Shown piece by piece: positions 44,396-53,448 of a stretch of DNA of 64,000 nucleotides. Numbering within the stretch: the first letter of the stretch is position 1; the number at the start of each line of letters is the position of its first letter. This DNA comes from Deltaproteobacteria bacterium. Its GTDB lineage: Bacteria > Myxococcota_A > Polyangia > Fen-1088. Location of the stretch: NCBI GenBank assembly GCA_033763315.1, contig JANRKS010000005.1, forward strand, positions 96,001-160,000, read 5' to 3'. The position numbers and the translations under genes are program-made. Under the pieces are notes generated by a model. It made no database searches. It saw only the letters and a list, made by a program, of their open reading frames with translations, and was not told the DNA's origin.

Positions 44396-45679
44396 ATGAC
44401 CTTCGCACCTGAGCCCAGCGCCACGATCAAAGGCAAAGTCCTGGTGGTCGACGACCAAAAGAGCCTGGCGCTTCTAGCCGAGCAGGTGATTCGTGCTGAA
44501 ACCGGCTTTGATGTCGTGTTGGCCCACTCGGCGGCGCAGATGCGCGAGGCCCTTCGCACCGCCGGCCCTTTTACTGCAGCGGTCGTGGACTTGATCTTGC
44601 CCGACGCAAGCCAGGGGGAGCACGTGCGCGAGGCGGTGGTGCTGGGCGTGCCCACTGTGGTGCTCACGGGTAGCTTCGATCCTTCGTTTCGCACCCGCCT
44701 GCTGAACCAAGGCGTGGCAGATTATGTGCTTAAGGCGAATGCCAACGCCTATGTGGAGGTGGCCACACTTGTGCAGCGCTTGGCGCGCAACCGCACTTGC
44801 CCCTTGCTTGTTGTGGACGATCAGCGCACGAGTCGTGAGCTGTTCTCAGCCGTGCTCAAGCGACGTTGTTTCGACGTCACAACCGCTGGATCTTTGGGCG
44901 AGGCGTTGACCCTCGTGGCAGAGCGAAGTTTTCGCATCGTCTTGGTCGATTATGTGCTGCCTGATGGAACCGGCGTGGACCTGGTTGAGAAGCTGCGCCG
45001 AACTTATCCTAAGCGCGATCTGTCGATCATCGGCATTTCGTCGAGTGACGGATCCACCTTGGGCGTGAGGTTCTTGAAAGCCGGTGCCAACGATTTTCTG
45101 CGCTTGCCCTTTTTGGATGAAGAGCTTGTGTGCCGGGTGGAGCAGAACGCCGAGCTTGTTGAAACGATCCAACAGTTTAGGGACGCGGCGCTGCGGGACT
45201 ATCTGACGGGCCTTTACAACCGCCGGTACTTTTTCGAGGCCGGCGGCTTGTTGATTGAGAACGCACGACGACGCAACCTTTCGCTTTCGTGTGCCGTGTT
45301 TGACATTGATCGGTTCAAACAGATCAACGACACGTTGGGGCACGATGCAGGTGATATGGCCTTGAGGCACGTGGCAGGCGTGTTGAAGCAAAACCTGCGC
45401 GGCGCGGACTTGCTGGCGCGTTTAGGTGGCGAAGAATTCGTGGCCTTGTTTGTGAACACCGATCTGCAGGGCGCGCGCATGTGTGCCGAAAAATTGCGCT
45501 TGGCCGTGCAAAACTCCCCTGTTACGGCATGCAATCCTGCGGTCAACGTTACGCTGAGTGCCGGTGTGGCGGGTGGCGCCGATAGTTTGGAGGGCATGGT
45601 TCGACGCGCCGACGAAGCTTTGTATGCCGCGAAAGCGCAGGGACGCAACCGCGTGTGCGTGTCGCAAGCGACCACCTAG
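44396..45679 (+). CDS. REC-REC-GGDEF diguanylate cyclase (PleD/WspR-like)
   Basis: Two receiver domains (VLVVDD, LLVVDD), DYLTGLYNRR, DIDRFKQINDTLGH, RGAD I-site and GGEEF. Confidence 0.93.
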   Translation: MTFAPEPSATIKGKVLVVDDQKSLALLAEQVIRAETGFDVVLAHSAAQMREALRTAGPFTAAVVDLILPDASQGEHVREAVVLGVPTVVLTGSFDPSFRTRLLNQGVADYVLKANANAYVEVATLVQRLARNRTCPLLVVDDQRTSRELFSAVLKRRCFDVTTAGSLGEALTLVAERSFRIVLVDYVLPDGTGVDLVEKLRRTYPKRDLSIIGISSSDGSTLGVRFLKAGANDFLRLPFLDEELVCRVEQNAELVETIQQFRDAALRDYLTGLYNRRYFFEAGGLLIENARRRNLSLSCAVFDIDRFKQINDTLGHDAGDMALRHVAGVLKQNLRGADLLARLGGEEFVALFVNTDLQGARMCAEKLRLAVQNSPVTACNPAVNVTLSAGVAGGADSLEGMVRRADEALYAAKAQGRNRVCVSQATT

Positions 45680-46164
45680 GAACGCCGTTTTTCGCGGGTC
45701 ATCTCGATCATCGTGCGGCGAAAGCCGAGTCGCAAGAAGAGCTGCTGCGCCGACCGGTTGTTCTCAGCGGTCCACAACATGACGCGTGGGGCGCCTTGGT
45801 CTTCAAGCCACTGCGCCGCGGCCTCGACCAATCGTGATCCGAGGCCCTGGCCGTCGAAAGCATCATCCACAACCACATCGTGGATGAACCCCGCCTCATC
45901 GCGAAGTTCCTTCCACGATTGTGGCTCAATGCCGGCATAAACATAACCAACCACCCGCTCTTCGGCGGCCGTGGCCACGAGCACCACCACGGTTGGCACT
46001 TGCAGTTGCGTGCCGAGAAACCAAGCATAGCCCTGTTCAATGTCGTCGCCCGGTTTCATGAAGCGTTGCTGATCAAACCCGTGGTGCGCTTTAACCAGGC
46101 GGGCGCCTAAGCGTCCCAAGACGGGCAAGTCAGCGGCGGTGGCCGGGCGAATGTGAAACGACAT
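45676..46164 (-). CDS. GNAT family acetyltransferase
   Basis: IRPATAADL, GQGLGSRL motif A, N..AQQLF.RLGF. Confidence 0.88.
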   Translation of the reverse strand: MSFHIRPATAADLPVLGRLGARLVKAHHGFDQQRFMKPGDDIEQGYAWFLGTQLQVPTVVVLVATAAEERVVGYVYAGIEPQSWKELRDEAGFIHDVVVDDAFDGQGLGSRLVEAAAQWLEDQGAPRVMLWTAENNRSAQQLFLRLGFRRTMIEMTREKRRS

Positions 46165-46323
46165 CAAGGGAGCATGGCGCAAGACCGCCCGAGCTGCACG
46201 CTGACTGAAGGTAAGGGCATAGAGCAGCGCAAAGGGCGGCAACGTTTGGGTGCCCGTCGACGATCGCCGCTGAACGATTCGGTGACTCGTAAATGTGTGC
46301 CACTTCGCCTAAAGTGCGCGTCC

Positions 46324-47355
46324 ATGAAGATGGCGCTCCAACCCATTCGTTTGATCTTTCTCCTGGGCTTAGGCAGTTGCGCGACGCGGGCGGCAGCCCC
46401 CGTGACGCCAGCTGAGGTACCGCTTGTGCCGGCGGCTGCGTGGGAGGTGGTGCCCACGACGGGGCCTGCGCAAGAGCGCCACGAGTGTTCCTTCGTGCAA
46501 AGCGGCGGCAAATTCTATCTGCTGGGCGGACGCGGTGATCGTGCCGTCAACGTGCTTGATCCCAAGACCGGCCAATGGACGCGCGGTGCTGCGGCACCGC
46601 AAGAGCTGCATCATTTTCAAGCCGTCGCCTTTGCGGGCAAGTTGGTGGTGGCGGGCGCGCTGACGGGTGGCTATCCCGCAGAACGGCCAGTGCCCAATCT
46701 GTTTATCTACGATCCTGCCGTGGACCAATGGACGCGCGGCCCGGAGATTCCGCAAGGGCGACGTCGTGGTGCGGCCGGTCTGGTGGCCTACAAAGACAGC
46801 CTGTGGCTTTTGGGTGGTCTCACAGAAGGCCACAACGGCGGCTTCGTCCCCTGGTTTGATGCGTTCGATCCCAAAACCGAGCGTTGGCAGATCATGCCCG
46901 ACGCACCTCGCCCGCGCGATCACTTTGGGGCCGTGGTTGTTGACGATCAATTGGTGGCGGCGGGTGGCCGCACGTCATCGGCGCGCACGAACCAAGTGCT
47001 TGAGTTGACCATTGCCGAGGTCGATGTGTTCGATTTTGCGTCTGGCCAGTGGCGCACCTTGCCGGTGCCGCAAGCCGCATTGCCAACCTTGCGTGCGGGA
47101 ACGCTGGCGGTGCCGCTCGACCACGGTGTGGTGGTGCTGGGGGGCGAAAGTGCAGGACAGGAGCTTGCACACAATGAGGTGCAAGCGTTGGATCTGCGTG
47201 CCGGCACCTGGCGTTCATTGCCAGCTTTAAACAAAGGGCGCCACGGCACCGGTGCTGCCTGGTTGGGCAACACGCTCTACGTTGCCGCGGGCAGCGCGCA
47301 CAAAGGCGGCGGCCCCGAGACGATCGACGTTGAACGGCTCCTGTTCACGCGTTGA
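46324..47355 (+). CDS. Kelch-repeat lipoprotein
   Basis: GLGSC lipobox and repeated Y/W-LLGG...D...W Kelch units. Confidence 0.85.
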   Translation: MKMALQPIRLIFLLGLGSCATRAAAPVTPAEVPLVPAAAWEVVPTTGPAQERHECSFVQSGGKFYLLGGRGDRAVNVLDPKTGQWTRGAAAPQELHHFQAVAFAGKLVVAGALTGGYPAERPVPNLFIYDPAVDQWTRGPEIPQGRRRGAAGLVAYKDSLWLLGGLTEGHNGGFVPWFDAFDPKTERWQIMPDAPRPRDHFGAVVVDDQLVAAGGRTSSARTNQVLELTIAEVDVFDFASGQWRTLPVPQAALPTLRAGTLAVPLDHGVVVLGGESAGQELAHNEVQALDLRAGTWRSLPALNKGRHGTGAAWLGNTLYVAAGSAHKGGGPETIDVERLLFTR

Positions 47356-47359
47356 AGCG

Positions 47360-48307
47360 TTACAGCTGGTCACGGTGCGGAACGATGATCTCGACACGCC
47401 GGTTGTTGGCGCGGCCTTCGGCGGTCATATTCGACGCCACTGGTTGCGACTCGCCTTTGCCTACGGCGACCAGCGATGCGGCAGGAACGCCGCTTTCAAT
47501 TAAGAACACACGAACGGCTTCGGCACGTGCCTGTGAAAGTTGTTGGTTGGCGCCATCGGCGCCTCGATCGTCCGTGTGACCTTCGACCATGATCGGATCG
47601 GTTGAGGAATAGCCTCGCAACGCATCGCCGAGCGGCGACATGCGAGCGCGAGCCGAGCCGAGCAGTGCGCTCTTTCCCGATTCGAACAAAACGCCGCCTG
47701 CGAAGGTGATCACGAGCCTATCATGATCTTCTTTGACCGCCGCCAATGCTTGTAGGCTCGTCAGGGCCGCCTTCGCCTTGGCGTCTGCTTCGATGCGTGC
47801 CTTCTTTTCGTTCTCAAGCGCGGCATTCTTGTCGTTGAGATCTTTGTTGGCGGCATCGAGATTCATTTTGCTTTGCTCGGCCGTCAGCGCGCTTTGTTCT
47901 AGCTTGCCTTGCGCCTGCACAAGTTGAAGGTCTTTGGTCGTGTTCTGCTGCTTGAGCTGGGCAGAGCGCGTTTCCAGCGATTCTGTGTAGGCCTCGTTGC
48001 TGGCCTTTTGCTCGCCACGCGATGTCTCTGCGCTGCCGTGTGCAATCGCGGTGAGCGCTTTGCGGTGGGCAAGGTAGGCGTAATGCAGTTCCATCTCCGA
48101 GCGCGGATCATCTTTGTGTGCGGCTTCGGCTTGGGCCAACAGCTTCTGCGCGGCGTAGAGATCTTTAGGTGCGTTTTTGCTGGTGGGCGCCGCCTCGGCC
48201 GAATGGACCGCCTGGCGCGCTTGCGTAAGTTGGGTTGAAGGCTGGGTGGAAGCGCAGGCGCTGGTAAGAGCAAGACCGCCAACAAGAAACATCTTCTGAG
48301 TAAGCAT
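47360..48307 (-). CDS. OmpA-family lipoprotein with DUF4398-like N-terminus and coiled coil
   Basis: TSAC lipobox, VLFESGKS, VEGHTD..G....N..LSQARA and GRANNRRVEI. Confidence 0.9.
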   Translation of the reverse strand: MLTQKMFLVGGLALTSACASTQPSTQLTQARQAVHSAEAAPTSKNAPKDLYAAQKLLAQAEAAHKDDPRSEMELHYAYLAHRKALTAIAHGSAETSRGEQKASNEAYTESLETRSAQLKQQNTTKDLQLVQAQGKLEQSALTAEQSKMNLDAANKDLNDKNAALENEKKARIEADAKAKAALTSLQALAAVKEDHDRLVITFAGGVLFESGKSALLGSARARMSPLGDALRGYSSTDPIMVEGHTDDRGADGANQQLSQARAEAVRVFLIESGVPAASLVAVGKGESQPVASNMTAEGRANNRRVEIIVPHRDQL

Positions 48308-48317
48308 TTTGATAAGT

Positions 48318-48689
48318 TCAGATCCCCTTTTGCATTTGTTCGAGGCGTTTTGCCGTCTCTTCAGCCACGACACGTTCGTCGTCGGCCTTGGCTAGCGCGA
48401 TCGCCAGCTCTGCGTCGGCGCGCGCTCGATCAAGCGTCAACTCGGCCTGCTTTTGCTCGCCGTCCTTCATTAGCTTTTCAGCTCTCGCGATCTGTTGTTT
48501 TGCGAGATCTAGGTAGAGGGCGGACCGCGGTAGACCTTCGGCGCCCACTTCTTCCGCGGCACGCACAGCCGCTTTGCTGTCGGTTTCCTTTTGCACTGGT
48601 TGCTCACCTGCACAGGCAAAAGCCGCAAATGGGAGGGTAAGCACAAGCAGGCTCAGCAATAGAGGTCTTCTAGGTCGCATTTCGTTCAT
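48318..48689 (-). CDS. DUF4398-like lipoprotein
   Basis: AFAC lipobox and AVRAAEEVGA...LA..Q...A...RARADAELAIALA. Sits upstream of the OmpA gene. Confidence 0.8.
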   Translation of the reverse strand: MNEMRPRRPLLLSLLVLTLPFAAFACAGEQPVQKETDSKAAVRAAEEVGAEGLPRSALYLDLAKQQIARAEKLMKDGEQKQAELTLDRARADAELAIALAKADDERVVAEETAKRLEQMQKGI

Positions 48690-48705
48690 TTGCGCTTCTG
48701 CCAAC

Positions 48706-48720
48706 GCACGAACGGTGCCA
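48706..48720 (-). promoter_or_regulatory. Possible sigma-54 promoter
   Basis: The minus strand reads TGGCACCGTTCGTGC (GG-N10-GC), upstream of the DUF4398-OmpA pair. Confidence 0.5.
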
Positions 48721-48779
48721 CTTCAAATAATCCTGTGCCCCAGGCCCCACTGGCACGATCGAGGAACGTCGGTATGTAG

Positions 48780-48820
48780 GCGTACCCTGGGGGACCCGTG
48801 AGGGGGTGATAAGGGTACGC
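48780..48820. other. Intergenic inverted repeat (9-bp arms), possible terminator or operator
   Basis: GCGTACCCT (48780-48788) and AGGGTACGC (48812-48820), just downstream of the FGE-family gene. Confidence 0.35.
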
Positions 48821-48841
48821 GGCGTCGTCGCAGGATTTCTT

Positions 48842-49861
48842 TTATCCGGCGCTGCGCGCGCAGCGAAAGCCAAGGTGCGAAGCGCCCGTGTCTGGGGCGC
48901 CTTTGCCGCGGGCGCCGACCACGTAGCGAACGCAGTAAAGATCACTGCACAAAAATGATCCGCCGCGCATCACCCGTTTGACCACCCCTGGTTCGCCAGG
49001 ATCGTGGCTTTGGGTCGGGCCTAAGGGATTCCTTGTGGGGCTTTCGGCATAGTAGCTCGGGTGATAAAGGTCAGCCGTCCATTCCCATACGTTGCCGGCC
49101 ACATCGTGAAGGCCATAACCGTTTGGTGCGTAACTGCCCACGGGCGCCGTGCGTGTGAATCCATCTTCCGCTGCGTTTTGCGCTGGAAAGTCGCCTTGCC
49201 ACACGTTTGCCATCCACTTGTTGGCGGGCTTTTCTTCGTCTCCCCATGCAAATCGTTTGCGGTCGAGGCCGCCGCGCGCGGCGTATTCCCACTCGGCTTC
49301 CGTGGGCAGACGTTTGCCCTTCCACGCACAAAAGGCGGTGGCATCTGTCCACGCCACATGAACGACCGGGTGATGAGCGCGGTCGTTGATGTGGCTGTCT
49401 GGGCCATCGGGGTGACGCCAGCTTACGCCGGCCTTATACGTCCACCATTGGCTCGGATCTTCAAGAGACACATGATGATCGGGCGGCGAGAAGGTCACCG
49501 AGCCAGCCACGAGGGCCTCGGGCGGCGCTTGTGGAAAATCGCTGGCGCGAGGCGCGTGTTCGGCAACGGTCTTGAAGTTCGTGGCGCGCACAAACGTCTC
49601 GAATGCCGCGTTTGTTACTTCGGTGGTGTCGATCCAGAAACCGTCGAGCGTCACTGAATGAACCGGTCGTGCATCGACGAACATTGGATCATCCGTTCCC
49701 ATGAAGAAGCTGCCGGGAGCGATCCAAGCCATTCCCTCGGGCCCATGGGCCGGCGCTTGCGGTGTTGTTTTTGGTGGCGCCGCCGCGGGAGCGAGCTCCG
49801 CCTTCTTGCAGCCACTGGCCAAAGCGTTTGCCAGCACCAACGTCACGGCCGCGCGCTTCAT
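48842..49861 (-). CDS. Formylglycine-generating enzyme (SUMF1/FGE-sulfatase) family lipoprotein
   Basis: Motifs F.MG, TEVTN, HPVVHV.W.DA, RLPTEAEWEYAARGG, GNVWEW, RGGSFLC...YC and GFRC. Confidence 0.92.
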   Translation of the reverse strand: MKRAAVTLVLANALASGCKKAELAPAAAPPKTTPQAPAHGPEGMAWIAPGSFFMGTDDPMFVDARPVHSVTLDGFWIDTTEVTNAAFETFVRATNFKTVAEHAPRASDFPQAPPEALVAGSVTFSPPDHHVSLEDPSQWWTYKAGVSWRHPDGPDSHINDRAHHPVVHVAWTDATAFCAWKGKRLPTEAEWEYAARGGLDRKRFAWGDEEKPANKWMANVWQGDFPAQNAAEDGFTRTAPVGSYAPNGYGLHDVAGNVWEWTADLYHPSYYAESPTRNPLGPTQSHDPGEPGVVKRVMRGGSFLCSDLYCVRYVVGARGKGAPDTGASHLGFRCARSAG

Positions 49862-49933
49862 ACCGATTCGTTGTTTCAACACCGAAAAATCATACACCAA
49901 CGCGCCAGGCGCGGCCACGTAAGCGGCATGCGC

Positions 49934-51253
49934 CTATTCGTAGCGAAGAGCGTCGATCGGATCCAAACGCGACGCCCGCCACGCTGGATAAAACCCAAAC
50001 AGCAAACCAACCACCGTAGAGAAAGAAAATCCGATCGTGTAGCTTGCGGCACCGAGTTCTACGGGCCAATCCATTTGTTTGGCAAACGCCTGCGCGGCCA
50101 TCGTTCCTATGGCCATGCCGATGAATCCACCCGCAATTGTGAGCAGCATGGCCTCGAACAAGAACTGCAAGAGGATGTGATGGCCCTTGGCGCCGATGGC
50201 CATGCGGATGCCAATCTCGCGCGTGCGCTCCGTCACCGATACCAGCATGATGTTCATGATTCCGATGCCGCCCACGATCAACGAAACAGCGGCGATGCCA
50301 GCCAGCAACAAAGTCATGGTGCGCGTGGCTTCTTGCGCCGCTTCCGCAAACTCGGTGAGGTCGCGAACCGTGGGATCGGCGGGATCGCCTTCACTTGTGT
50401 TTTTGCGTTGGCGCAGCAGCTCTTGCGTTTGTTGTGCCGCGCGTTTTGTATCGGCCGCAGATTGTGCTGACAGCATAATGCGCTGAACGCGATCTAAGCC
50501 TGAACTGCCCGCCGCCGTGGGGGCAGCGGCCGCTGTGGTTCCGGTGGTGATGACGGTTGTTTGGGTGTTGGCCAACCGGGAAGCGCCTGAAGGGCCCGCG
50601 TTGAATAGCTTGCGGCGCACGGTGTTGATTGGCATCAAGATGGTGTCGTCTTGATCTTGGCCCATTTGATTTTGGCCTTTCTTGGCCAACACACCGATGA
50701 CTTCGCATGTGATGCTGCGCACGCGCAGCGTTTGCCCCAACGGCTCTTCAGCGCCAAACAATTGTTCAACCACTGTTTGCCCGATCACACACACCTTGTT
50801 GGCGGTATCCACGTCGCGGGCGCCAAAGCTTGAGCCGCGCTCCACCTTCCAGTCGCGGATGGTTAGGTAGTCCGGTGTGGTGCCCGTGATGCTGGTGGAC
50901 CAGTTGGCGCCGCTCCACATCACCTGCGCGTTAGAACTCACCACCGGAGCCGCGGCGCGCACCGCATCGCAGTGTTTGCGAATGGCTTCAACGTCGCCAT
51001 CTGTGAGGTTGCCGGAGCTGCCCGAGCCGCCTCGAACACCAGCCGATTGGCTTGAACCGCCAAACACCACCAACATGTTCGAGCCCATTGAGGCGATCTG
51101 AGCGTTGACCTTCTTGGTGGCACCACGGCCGATGGCCACCATGGTTATGAAGGCGCCCACGCCGATAATGATGCCCAGCGCAGTTAACAAAGCACGCATG
51201 CGGTGGCGGCTCAACGCACGCAGGGCGACCCATAACAGGGCGAGAAAATTCAT
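49934..51253 (-). CDS. MacB-like ABC transporter permease
   Basis: RALLTALGIIIGV, GGIGIMNIMLVSVTERTREIGIR and PA.RAS.LDPIDALRYE. Confidence 0.93.
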   Translation of the reverse strand: MNFLALLWVALRALSRHRMRALLTALGIIIGVGAFITMVAIGRGATKKVNAQIASMGSNMLVVFGGSSQSAGVRGGSGSSGNLTDGDVEAIRKHCDAVRAAAPVVSSNAQVMWSGANWSTSITGTTPDYLTIRDWKVERGSSFGARDVDTANKVCVIGQTVVEQLFGAEEPLGQTLRVRSITCEVIGVLAKKGQNQMGQDQDDTILMPINTVRRKLFNAGPSGASRLANTQTTVITTGTTAAAAPTAAGSSGLDRVQRIMLSAQSAADTKRAAQQTQELLRQRKNTSEGDPADPTVRDLTEFAEAAQEATRTMTLLLAGIAAVSLIVGGIGIMNIMLVSVTERTREIGIRMAIGAKGHHILLQFLFEAMLLTIAGGFIGMAIGTMAAQAFAKQMDWPVELGAASYTIGFSFSTVVGLLFGFYPAWRASRLDPIDALRYE

Positions 51254-52011
51254 GGTCGCACCTCCGTGGACGCGCGCTCCCGCGCAGGTGCCCCGCGACG
51301 GTGTTCGTTGCGGCGGTCCACCTCCACCTTGCCATCGCGAAACGCGATCACGCGCGCCGCGAATTCGGCAATGTCGGGCTCGTGCGTGACGAGCACGATG
51401 GTGACACCGCGTTCGGCATTCATGCGGCACAAAAGTTCCATCACCTCTTCGCTGGTTTTGGAATCTAGGTTGCCGGTGGGCTCGTCTGCCAAGATCAGCG
51501 GCGCGTTGGTCACAAGGGCGCGGGCGATCGCCACGCGCTGCTGTTGCCCTCCCGACATTTGGTTGGGGTGGTGGCCCGCGCGTGAGGCAAGCCCCACGTG
51601 TTCGAGGGCCACGGTCGCACGTTTAAATCGCTCCGCGGCTTTCACACCGGCATACGCCAAAGGCAGCTCCACGTTTTCACGCGCGCTTGTGCGTGCCAAC
51701 AGATTGAAGCCCTGAAACACGAAGCCAATTTTGCGGTTGCGTACCTCGGCGCGTTCGTCGCGGCTCAATGATGATACGGCGATGCCATCCAAAAGGTATT
51801 CGCCTGAGGTGGGGCGGTCCAAGCACCCCACCAGGTTCATGAATGTGCTCTTGCCAGAGCCCGAGGGGCCCATCACGGCCACGAAATCGCCGCGTTCGAT
51901 TTGCAACGTTACGCCCGCCAAGGCGTGCACTTGTTCGCCGCCCATGTCGTAAGTCTTGCGCAGGTCGCGCACAGCGATCAGCGCCTGCGGGCCGATGTTG
52001 TCTGGGCTCAT
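51250..52011 (-). CDS. MacB/LolD-like ABC transporter ATP-binding protein
   Basis: GPSGSGKST, MSGGQQQRV, ILADEPTGNLD. Confidence 0.95.
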   Translation of the reverse strand: MSPDNIGPQALIAVRDLRKTYDMGGEQVHALAGVTLQIERGDFVAVMGPSGSGKSTFMNLVGCLDRPTSGEYLLDGIAVSSLSRDERAEVRNRKIGFVFQGFNLLARTSARENVELPLAYAGVKAAERFKRATVALEHVGLASRAGHHPNQMSGGQQQRVAIARALVTNAPLILADEPTGNLDSKTSEEVMELLCRMNAERGVTIVLVTHEPDIAEFAARVIAFRDGKVEVDRRNEHRRGAPARERASTEVRP

Positions 52012-52020
52012 ACGCGACCG

Positions 52021-53334
52021 TTAGAACATGCGCGGCCCACGGCCGCGCATTGGGTTTTGGCCTTTGGCTTGCGCGGCGTTCATCGCGCCGCCCGTGGCTT
52101 CAATCACGATCTCATCGCCTTCTTTGATCTGGCCTTCGCGAACCTCGGTGTATTCGTCGTCGGCGACGCCCGGCTTGAATCGCAACGGCTGCACCAATTG
52201 ACCCACCGGCTTGTACACGCGCGAGAACAGCGCGCGATCGCCGCCGCCTGGCCGTCCAGCAGCGCCGCCGGCGCCGCCCCAGCGCCGACCTTCGCCCGCT
52301 GCAGGCGCGCCCTCGGGCTTGCCTTGCCGTTTGGCACCTGGATCTGTGCGCGCGGCGATAAGCTCGGGCGCCGGACGCCACCGCAATGCCGCGTTCGGCA
52401 CGCGCAGGACGTTGTCGCGCCGTTCGGTCACGATGCGCACATTCGCGGTCATGCCGGGCCGCAGGTGACCTTCGGGGTTCTCCACGCGCAAGATGGCGTC
52501 ATACGTCACCACGTTCTGCGTGACCGTGGGTTGCGCGCGCAATTGAAAGATCGTGGCCGTGAATTCTTCACCTGGATAGGCATCCACAGTGAAGCGCGCT
52601 TCGAGCCCTTCACGCAGTTTGCCCACGTCAGCTTCATCAATGGCTGTGCGCACTTCCATGCGCGACAGATCCTGCGCCACTGTGAACAACGTGGGCGCTT
52701 GCAGCGATGCAGCCACCGTTTGGCCCGTGTCAACCGCACGTGCAAGCACGACGCCTGAAATGGGCGATCGGATGGTGGTTCGTTCGAGATCAACCTTGGC
52801 GATGCCCACTTGAGCGCGCGCTTGTTCCACTTGCGCTTCAGATGATTGCAGATCCACCTGTGCCAGATCCAAGCGCGAGCGCAGCTGATCAAGTTCGGCG
52901 TCGCCGATCACGCCGCGCCCTTGCAAGGTTTGGCCGCGATCGATATCAAGCTTGGCTTGCTTGTAATTGACGCGCGCCCGCGCGGCGCTGGCCTCGGCGC
53001 TTTTGAGGTTGGCGTTGGCGTTTTCAAGGCTGGCCTTAAAGCGCGTGGGATCCAGTTGGGCCACGATTTGGCCCGCTTGCACGCGGTCGTTGAAGTCGAC
53101 AAAAAGCTTCAAGATGGTGCCTGACACTTGCGACCCCACCTGGACTGTCACCACCGCCGAAAGCGTGCCCGTGGCGGTGACCACCTGTTCCACCACGCCT
53201 CGTTCGACGCGCCCAACTTTGAACACCACCGGTGAGGTGTCCGCGGGCTTGCGCAACAAAAGATAAGTGGCGCCCCCCCCAATCAATGAAAGGCCGAGCA
53301 CCCATTTTGCAATTCTTGAAACCCGAGACGACAT
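52021..53334 (-). CDS. MacA-like periplasmic adaptor subunit
   Basis: VGSQVSG, IRSPISG, GQTVAAS.QAP.LF and LRPGMTA, with an N-terminal membrane anchor. Confidence 0.92.
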   Translation of the reverse strand: MSSRVSRIAKWVLGLSLIGGGATYLLLRKPADTSPVVFKVGRVERGVVEQVVTATGTLSAVVTVQVGSQVSGTILKLFVDFNDRVQAGQIVAQLDPTRFKASLENANANLKSAEASAARARVNYKQAKLDIDRGQTLQGRGVIGDAELDQLRSRLDLAQVDLQSSEAQVEQARAQVGIAKVDLERTTIRSPISGVVLARAVDTGQTVAASLQAPTLFTVAQDLSRMEVRTAIDEADVGKLREGLEARFTVDAYPGEEFTATIFQLRAQPTVTQNVVTYDAILRVENPEGHLRPGMTANVRIVTERRDNVLRVPNAALRWRPAPELIAARTDPGAKRQGKPEGAPAAGEGRRWGGAGGAAGRPGGGDRALFSRVYKPVGQLVQPLRFKPGVADDEYTEVREGQIKEGDEIVIEATGGAMNAAQAKGQNPMRGRGPRMF

Positions 53335-53448
53335 ATTTGTGATCTTTCCGATGCTTGTCCGCGGAGGCGGCGCGCTGCGAACACGAAAATGTACGGGGCG
53401 AAGTCCCAAAGGCAGGTAAAAGACTGGCAAAGGCGGGGGCAAAAGGCC